61,838 nucleotides of DNA from Candidatus Acidiferrales bacterium (GTDB lineage Archaea; Halobacteriota; Bog-38; Methanoflorentales; Methanoflorentaceae). Of this stretch, positions 55,921-61,838 are shown piece after piece. Position numbers and translations under genes: made by a program. The stretch lies in assembly GCA_035624185.1 (NCBI GenBank), contig DASPRZ010000055.1, positions 1 through 61,838 of the forward strand, read 5' to 3'. The notes under the pieces were generated by a model. The model did not search any database, was not told where the DNA came from, and saw only the letters and a list, made by a program, of their open reading frames with translations. Numbering within the stretch: position 1 is the first letter of the stretch; each line of letters opens with the position of its first letter.

Positions 55921-57002
55921 TAGAACATGTTGTGAGCACCGAATATTACACATTCGAAGAACTTGAGTTAGACTGTAAGCGAACGCTTTCACCGGTAACA
56001 ATTGCCTACGAGACGTACGGGGACCTCAATTCCGCAAAGGACAATGCCATCCTTGTGCAGCACGCCCTTTCAGGAGACGCCCACGCGACATTTACAAATG
56101 AACGGGGAGAGAAAGGGTGGTGGTATGACTTCATAGGCCCGGGTAAAGCAATCAATACTGAAGAATATTTTGTAATTTGCTCTAACTTCATAGGTGGCTG
56201 TGGCGGGTCAACTGGTCCGAGTAGCCTTGATCCTGAAACAGGAAGGCCTTACGGGCTTCGTTTTCCTGTCATTACTACTGGCGACATGGTTAGAGCTCAA
56301 AAATGCCTCATAGACCATCTCGGTATCGAGCGGCTCCTGAACGTTATTGGCGGCTCAATTGGGGGGATGCAAGCTCTACAATGGGTGGTCGACTATCCTG
56401 AAAATGTAACTTCAGCAATAATTATTGCTTCAACTAACAGGCTTTCAGCTCAGAGTATTGCGTTTAATGTGGTTGGACGTCAGGCAATTATGTCTGATCC
56501 TTATTGGTTGGGTGGAGATTATTACGATGTCGCAGTTCCCAGTAATGGTCTCTCATTGGCGCGAATGATAGGACATATTACTTACTTAAGCGAGGAGAAA
56601 ATGCACGAAAAGTTTGGCCGCGAGCTGAAAGGAGCGCCTATCTATAAGTATGGCTTTTCAGAAGAATTTCAAGTCGAGAGTTATCTCCATTATAAAGGCA
56701 ACCACTTTGTAGGACGTTTTGACGCGAACTCGTACCTTTACATAACAAAAGCGATGGATTACTTCGATATTTCTGATTTTTCATCTGTACAGTCAAAAAT
56801 GCTTGTCATATCATTTTCATCTGACTGGTTATTCCCGCCTGCGCAATCAAAAGCAATTGTAAGGGCACTACGGAGGAAAGGAGTCGATGTATCTTATTGC
56901 GAAGTGCAATCATTACATGGCCACGATGCGTTTTTACTCGAAGTGCCCCCGCTGACGGAATTAATCTCTAGCTTTTTGAACAACGTTTTCAATGGAAGTT
57001 GA
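55911..57002 (+). CDS. metX: homoserine O-acetyltransferase
   Basis: HALSGDAH, nucleophile elbow [14 protein letters not shown]. Confidence 0.9.
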   Translation: MRVIEHVVSTEYYTFEELELDCKRTLSPVTIAYETYGDLNSAKDNAILVQHALSGDAHATFTNERGEKGWWYDFIGPGKAINTEEYFVICSNFIGGCGGSTGPSSLDPETGRPYGLRFPVITTGDMVRAQKCLIDHLGIERLLNVIGGSIGGMQALQWVVDYPENVTSAIIIASTNRLSAQSIAFNVVGRQAIMSDPYWLGGDYYDVAVPSNGLSLARMIGHITYLSEEKMHEKFGRELKGAPIYKYGFSEEFQVESYLHYKGNHFVGRFDANSYLYITKAMDYFDISDFSSVQSKMLVISFSSDWLFPPAQSKAIVRALRRKGVDVSYCEVQSLHGHDAFLLEVPPLTELISSFLNNVFNGS

Positions 57003-57005
57003 GAT

Positions 57006-57602
57006 ATGCAGAGATTTGATCACGAGATTATCATAAGTGTCATAGAAAATGGATCCCGAGTACTCGATTTGGGCTGTGGAAATGGAGAATTCCTGAGTAA
57101 GCTAAAACAGAGACGCAACATCGATGCAAGGGGGGTAGAGCTTGATGATCGTTGCGTAACTGAATGCATACACAAAGGTCTCACGGTATTCCAAGGTGAC
57201 ATTGACGAAGGGCTTGGGGGTTATGATGATAAGTCCTTCGATTACGTGGTACTAAACCAGACTATTCAAGTCGTACATAAACCAACACTTGTCATAGAAG
57301 AGATGCTCCGCGTTGGAAAAAGGGCAATTGTGAGCTTTCCCAACTTTGGGTATTTCCGCATACGGTGGTATCTACTCACAAAGGGGCGGATGCCAAAGGT
57401 TGATTTTTTGCCCTGCGACTGGTATAACACACCCAACATTCATCTGCTTACCATTAATGACTTTATAACATTTTGTGGCGTGATGAACGTAACGATAGAG
57501 CGATTTATCGGTTTAAAAAGCAATTCCACAGGCAAAACATCGAGGCATTTTCAAAATCTATTATCTCAAATAGGTATATTTGTGATTAAATCCCATGAAT
57601 GA
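57006..57602 (+). CDS. metW: methionine biosynthesis protein MetW
   Basis: VLDLGCGNGEFL, RGVELD. Located directly after metX. Confidence 0.85.
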   Translation: MQRFDHEIIISVIENGSRVLDLGCGNGEFLSKLKQRRNIDARGVELDDRCVTECIHKGLTVFQGDIDEGLGGYDDKSFDYVVLNQTIQVVHKPTLVIEEMLRVGKRAIVSFPNFGYFRIRWYLLTKGRMPKVDFLPCDWYNTPNIHLLTINDFITFCGVMNVTIERFIGLKSNSTGKTSRHFQNLLSQIGIFVIKSHE

Positions 57603-57829
57603 CGCTTTTTTAGTTTTGTTCAAAAATTTTCTGTGACAAAGCTTTTTATGATTTACAGGTTAAGGTAATACATAGTGTTCAAACGCTGTGAACATGCATC
57701 GACCCGGTGAAACGCCTGTAATGTTGTGTTTCGCATCGTGCGCTATACCCGGTGCAGTGTATGTAGGAACAATACATCAGTTCTATCTTCATGTTTGAAC
57801 TGACATAGTAAAAGAGGAGGTGAAGGAAC

Positions 57830-57940
57830 ATGTTGCTATTCTTACTATTAGGAGCAATAGCAGTCGCGGCACTTGGCCTCGTAGGCACCGCGTTCTGCCC
57901 ATTGTTAGCGCCGCTGATTGCCGTGCTTACTCTGGCGTGA
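57830..57940 (+). CDS. 36-aa hydrophobic micro-protein (MLLFLLLGAIAVAALGLVGTAFCPLLAPLIAVLTLA), paralog of 7693..7806
   Basis: ATG 6 nt after GGAGGTGA. The C-terminal 20 aa are nearly identical to the paralog. The track ORF 57820..58005 is another frame. Confidence 0.55.
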   Translation: MLLFLLLGAIAVAALGLVGTAFCPLLAPLIAVLTLA

Positions 57941-57965
57941 AAAAGATATTAACATTAATTTTATT

Positions 57966-58095
57966 GGGGTACAGTGAAATACTGCGAGTAATGAGAGCAT
58001 GGTAGCCGGGTTGCACGAATAAAGTGGTCTCTAGAAGTTAAACGCTAAAATTTGGATAGCTGTTTAAAAATCGTAGCAGATTTCACTGTTACCCC
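57966..58095 (+). ncRNA. Second copy of the conserved micro-ORF-downstream element
   Basis: Aligns with 7812..7936. The ends GGGGTACAGTG and CACTGTTACCCC can pair. Confidence 0.3.
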
Positions 58096-58525
58096 GTTTA
58101 TCTCCTTCAATTTTCAAGATGGCTTTTATATTGTACTTGTTTTCAATAACTCAAGAGTGGACATTTTCAATAAGCTTTCCTTTGATAAGAACACGATGAT
58201 GCCTCTATGTACTTCTTTTTAATGAATGCAAAAACCGTTATAATGCCGTGATTGAATTTCGAAGCTACATTAAAACTGAGTGCTGAATACTTACATAGCC
58301 AGATACAAAAAAGTTGCAAAGTCTGCATTTGTGCATCTTAGGAAATAAAAATAGAGTAATCACGAGAGAGTTATCTGGTTAAAACCCGGGAAACGTTCAA
58401 TTTTATCTCACAACGTTGAAAGCAGACCATATAAAGAGCGCGTCTCAGTTCTCAATGCGGTCCGCACATACTGGGCACTCGTGTTATCGGAAAGCTCATT
58501 ATCTTGCACCATACTAATAACCCGT

Positions 58526-59111
58526 GTGAAAACACCATCTTCTCCCTATTGCCCATAATGTGGAACGTGGAATCCTCCCAGTGCTCAATTTTGTATGCGC
58601 TGCGGAACGCCATTAGACAGTCCATCTACAGATCCGACAACCATGGATTAACAGTTTCTCGGGCTCACCATATCAAGGAGTAGCGGTTTGGTTTGTGGCG
58701 TTGTTCATTGATAAGCTCATCATCTCTCTCATCAGCTTCTCTCCTGTGTTTGCAGGCGCAGTTCCCCTCATATTTAGTGCGACGGCTAGTGAACGTTCAC
58801 TACCACCCGTATTTTGGGTGCTCCTCGCGTTCAACGTGGTGGTTACGTTTATGTACTTCACGTCTCTCGAGGGGTGATCTGGCCAAACTATTGGTAAAAA
58901 AGCAGTATATATAAGAGTCGTACAGATGGGCAACTGGCATGGGGATGGAGAGCGGGCGTGTATCGGCTACACACAAGCTGCAAGGCGCACCATCCTTCGC
59001 CTCCTCGATGGACAGTTGTGCTACCTCCTTGGAGCACTACTCATCAGGTCACCGGGCAAAAAACAGTGTCTTGGTGATATAGTCGCACAAACAGTTGTTG
59101 TACGCGAATGA
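58526..59111 (+). pseudogene. disrupted zinc-ribbon + RDD-family membrane protein
   Basis: YCP*CGTWNPPSAQFCMRCGTPLD (in-frame TAA), then a frame change, then ...MYFTSLEG*SGQTIGKK...KKQCLGDIVAQTVVV (in-frame TGA at 58875). Confidence 0.65.
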
Positions 59112-59287
59112 TGTACCCACCTCCTATTCGTAATGCATGTTAGTCTAGCGATTTTTAAAGGTAAACATGTTGCGAATCTTCATTCAGATGCAGGGTGATG
59201 CAAATGACGGTAAAAAAAGTTATATACTGTTCATTAATTTTCACCATGCAGTTTGAAGACAAATTAGTACCAAACTAAATATTAATC

Positions 59288-60148
59288 ATGAATAGATATG
59301 TATTCGCAATTTTACTTTTAATAGCAGTAAGTAGGCCAGTGGGCTGGACTACATTTCCTGCATTTTTTTTAATGGGGTCTGTATCTTCAGGTGTTACGAC
59401 AATAACTCCTTTATTCATTTTACAAGTCTTGCTATTATCATTTCCGTTTTGTATTGCTGGTTACGGTTTGAATGATATTTATGATTATGAGTCAGATAAG
59501 CTAAATCCTAGAAAAGGACTTATAGAAGGAATTAAATTAGAACCAGAATATCATTCTTTTGTCAAAAATGTTTCATTTTTTGTTATTTTACTTTTGCTTT
59601 TAACGTCTTTTTTAACTTTAAGCCTTAGTAACATTTTTGGAATGACGTTATTAGGATTTTTAGGTTATTTTTATTCTGCTCCACCTCTACGATTTAAAGA
59701 AAAACCGCCCCTAGATTCTTTCGTTAATGGAATAATATATTTTTTTGCACCTTTTTTACTTGGATTTAGTTTTAGCAGTTCTATTTTTTTTAATGCTGGA
59801 ACGAATGTTTTGATAGGCGTTTGTCTAATGACTGCTATGGTTATGGGATTTCATGCTTATAGCACAATAATGGATTATAGTATCGATAAGAAAATAGGTG
59901 TTAAAACCTTTGCCACTATTTTTGGCAAAAGAAGTGCTTCATTTTTTGCTTTGCTTGTGTCTATTTTAACTTTATTTTTTGCTAACGCTTCGATATTGTT
60001 TAAACCAGTCACGTATTATTTTTTTGGATTTTGTAGTTTATTGTTTGTTATCACATTGGTATTTCCTTCCGAGAAGTTGGCGAGAAGGGGTTTTTATTTG
60101 CTTTGGGCTGGATTTGTTTTTTGGCCGATAATTTGGTTGTTGACTTGA
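59288..60148 (+). CDS. UbiA-family prenyltransferase (lycopene-elongase/LyeJ-like or related)
   Basis: NDIYDYESD (NDxxDxxxD) and a second Asp-rich motif MDYSIDKK, with 8-9 TM segments. The gene is visibly more AT-rich than its neighbours. Confidence 0.8.
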   Translation: MNRYVFAILLLIAVSRPVGWTTFPAFFLMGSVSSGVTTITPLFILQVLLLSFPFCIAGYGLNDIYDYESDKLNPRKGLIEGIKLEPEYHSFVKNVSFFVILLLLLTSFLTLSLSNIFGMTLLGFLGYFYSAPPLRFKEKPPLDSFVNGIIYFFAPFLLGFSFSSSIFFNAGTNVLIGVCLMTAMVMGFHAYSTIMDYSIDKKIGVKTFATIFGKRSASFFALLVSILTLFFANASILFKPVTYYFFGFCSLLFVITLVFPSEKLARRGFYLLWAGFVFWPIIWLLT

Positions 60149-60325
60149 GCGCTTCTTACATTGTGCAAAGCAACAAGAGAAGCCCCCCCACATTGAAATC
60201 TCATCGCGCGCAGTGTGTGACGCCGGTTCACAGAACTGTTTTTTAATATTTTACTATCACGCAAACTTTGTGTAGTGATTAGCGCAGAATTTTGCGCCAC
60301 ATCGAAGGTGAAATTCACATCCGAA

Positions 60326-60378
60326 GAGGCACTGCAAAAAAGGTGATTTAGACGATAGAGGCAAAATCGGTCGTGAAT
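60326..60378. repeat. Left copy of a perfect 53-bp inverted repeat
   Basis: GAGGCACTGCAAAAAAGGTGATTTAGACGATAGAGGCAAAATCGGTCGTGAAT is the exact reverse complement of 61304..61356. Confidence 0.97.
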
Positions 60379-60424
60379 CGTCAGAAATTTTAGATAGTTA
60401 AAAAAGTTAAAATATCTACTTTCA

Positions 60425-61309
60425 TCAGTCAACCTCTTCTGTGTCGCACGGCCTACTACGGCTTGCGACGGCCCTGAGGACGGATGAAAGATGTGCTTTG
60501 GATTTCTTTAATCGATATGAGAGTGTGGCGATGGCTATAAAGGGGAACATGACAGAGATCCCGATTACCGCATACTCAATGTGTCCAATTACGTGGGACA
60601 GAATTCCGTACTTGACAATTCCCATTATTGCGTACGCTATTACAGGAGCTAAGTAATAGAGGTCAACCTCTATTTCGTATGGTTTATTAAGAGAGTATAT
60701 TCGAAATATGAGTGTTGCAGCAAATGCCACAAAAAACCAACCTAAGAAATTGGATATCGGTACGCCAAAATATGCGCCGCCCTCTGGCCAAACCCACGCT
60801 CCAAATCCCACATATATCGGATCTAGAATCAAATCAAGGTTCATAGCCAAAAAACCATCGAGAGTTGACAAAAGAAGCACGTACGCAAAAGAGTGAACAT
60901 TGAGTGTTTTTTTTAAAGAAAAGAAGTTTGCCGGATCTATAATATTCGTTATACTGTAGGCAAGCATGATTATTATTGTCCACAACAACAAAATACTAAA
61001 TGGAACCCGCCCAAACACTTTGTAACCTAGAAATGAAGCAGTATAATAATATCGCTGACCATATATCCACCCATATGTAGTGCCAAGCAGTTCTGAAAGA
61101 CCACCGGCAGCGAATGCGATTCCAAGAAGAAGGAAGACCCTGAATTTCAAAACTGTGGATGCATAAAATATAGTAAAAATGAGCAGTGTAAGGAGTATAT
61201 ACCCAAATTGCTCAGCAAATGTCATTTGAAACTGAAAATGCGTGGGCAAAAAAGCCGCAATTTCGCTAAGGGTTAATACTATGAGGGCTAGAGCAGTTAA
61301 ACCATTCAC
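60425..61309 (-). CDS. carotenoid-biosynthesis-type membrane protein (DUF422/CruF-like)
   Basis: Polytopic 294-aa protein with WVWPEGGAYFGVPISNFLGW. Adjacent to a UbiA prenyltransferase, as in C50-carotenoid loci. The GTG start lies inside the right IR. Confidence 0.6.
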   Translation of the reverse strand: MNGLTALALIVLTLSEIAAFLPTHFQFQMTFAEQFGYILLTLLIFTIFYASTVLKFRVFLLLGIAFAAGGLSELLGTTYGWIYGQRYYYTASFLGYKVFGRVPFSILLLWTIIIMLAYSITNIIDPANFFSLKKTLNVHSFAYVLLLSTLDGFLAMNLDLILDPIYVGFGAWVWPEGGAYFGVPISNFLGWFFVAFAATLIFRIYSLNKPYEIEVDLYYLAPVIAYAIMGIVKYGILSHVIGHIEYAVIGISVMFPFIAIATLSYRLKKSKAHLSSVLRAVASRSRPCDTEEVD

Positions 61310-61356
61310 GACCGATTTTGCCTCTATCGTCTAAATCACCTTTTTTGCAGTGCCTC
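61304..61356. repeat. Right copy of the perfect 53-bp inverted repeat
   Basis: See 60326..60378. Confidence 0.97.
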
Positions 61357-61638
61357 ATTCTGGCGTGATATTATTTAAGTTGTGCCTCAGAATGCTGTCC
61401 GTTGACATTTATGCTGCGCTGTTGTCACAAGAGATGCGTCATTGCCTTCTTTATTGGATATCTTCTGAAGGGGGTTTCGATAACTTTATAAATTCTTTGA
61501 CTCAATTACTCTGGGGGCACGTTCATTCCATTCCAAAATTTGATAGAGTTTTATCTTCGGTTTTTATAGATGCATGGCAAGTAACCAACAGAATGGCAAT
61601 CTTCCCGGTTTAAAGCAGTAGAAGCACAGCGTGATGAC

Positions 61639-61838
61639 ATGGTATCGATAGCGCGAAAAAATTTATTCCAGGATAAAAGACGTTTTTTGATTACCATAAG
61701 CGGTATAGGTGCATCATTAACGCTGGTTTTCCTAACTATGGGCGTATTAGTTGGGGCTGTTAATAATAGCGTCATCATCGTAGATCATACCCACGCAGAT
61801 ATATGGGTGACACAAAAAGGAGTCAGCGATCTTCTCGG
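61639..61838 (+). CDS. ABC transporter permease, FtsX/MacB-like (5' part, truncated by window end)
   Basis: MVSIARKNLFQDKRRFLITISGIGASLTLVF... is the typical N-terminus of the family. The ORF stays open to the end of the window. Confidence 0.6.
   Translation, partial: MVSIARKNLFQDKRRFLITISGIGASLTLVFLTMGVLVGAVNNSVIIVDHTHADIWVTQKGVSDLL

Noticed and set aside
57603-57829. Riboswitch (for example SAM-type) in the leader after metW.
   Set aside because: I can find no match to any riboswitch consensus I know. Only generic hairpins are present.
58875-58877. In-frame TGA in the RDD gene as selenocysteine; TAG at 32249 as pyrrolysine.
   Set aside because: The RDD gene carries two further lesions and no evident SECIS-like element. 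The TAG in the editing-domain paralog still requires a frame change to continue. Pseudogenisation or sequence error is simpler.

Overview
The gene content points to an archaeal chromosome segment, probably from a methanogen or ANME-like euryarchaeon. That inference rests on SepRS/SepCysS, a rhodanese-less ThiI, Ni-CODH CooS and DUF2769. All calls come from reading motifs and aligning by eye; no searches were run. Four themes stand out. (1) The window is unusually dense in sulfur-trafficking and tRNA-dependent cysteine genes. These are sepS next to an E1-like ThiF/MoeB enzyme, thiI, a TauE/DUF1634 pair, tRNA-Cys(GCA), fdhD, a SufS-like desulfurase, iscS-iscU, a free-standing ThrRS-editing-domain protein, a 57-aa ORF coupled to SepCysS, and metY-metX-metW. 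(2) There are two copper-ATPase islands (copA, copB). They are surrounded by decayed duplicates, an IS6-type insertion with a target duplication, and a BlaI/CopY-like repressor plus M56 protease module. That module appears wired by five exact TTTAC-N7-GTAAA palindromes to a secreted peptide built of vicinal Cys pairs and to a 37-aa hydrophobic micro-ORF. (3) A cooS gene heads an operon with a NitT/TauT-type ABC importer. A second such transporter and a Zn/Mn-type ABC transporter are also present. (4) The accessory right end carries a UbiA prenyltransferase and a carotenoid-type membrane protein, the latter bracketed by perfect 53-bp inverted repeats. Pseudogene and repeat load is high: copA, nadA, radical-SAM, ICMT, RDD and tRNA-Cys copies are all degraded. 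The leading candidates for undescribed biology are the operator-linked Cys-pair peptide and micro-ORF regulon, the paired micro-ORF plus conserved downstream element, the TATAACAATTGTTATA palindrome regulon, the SepCysS-adjacent editing-domain protein, and the IR-flanked cassette.
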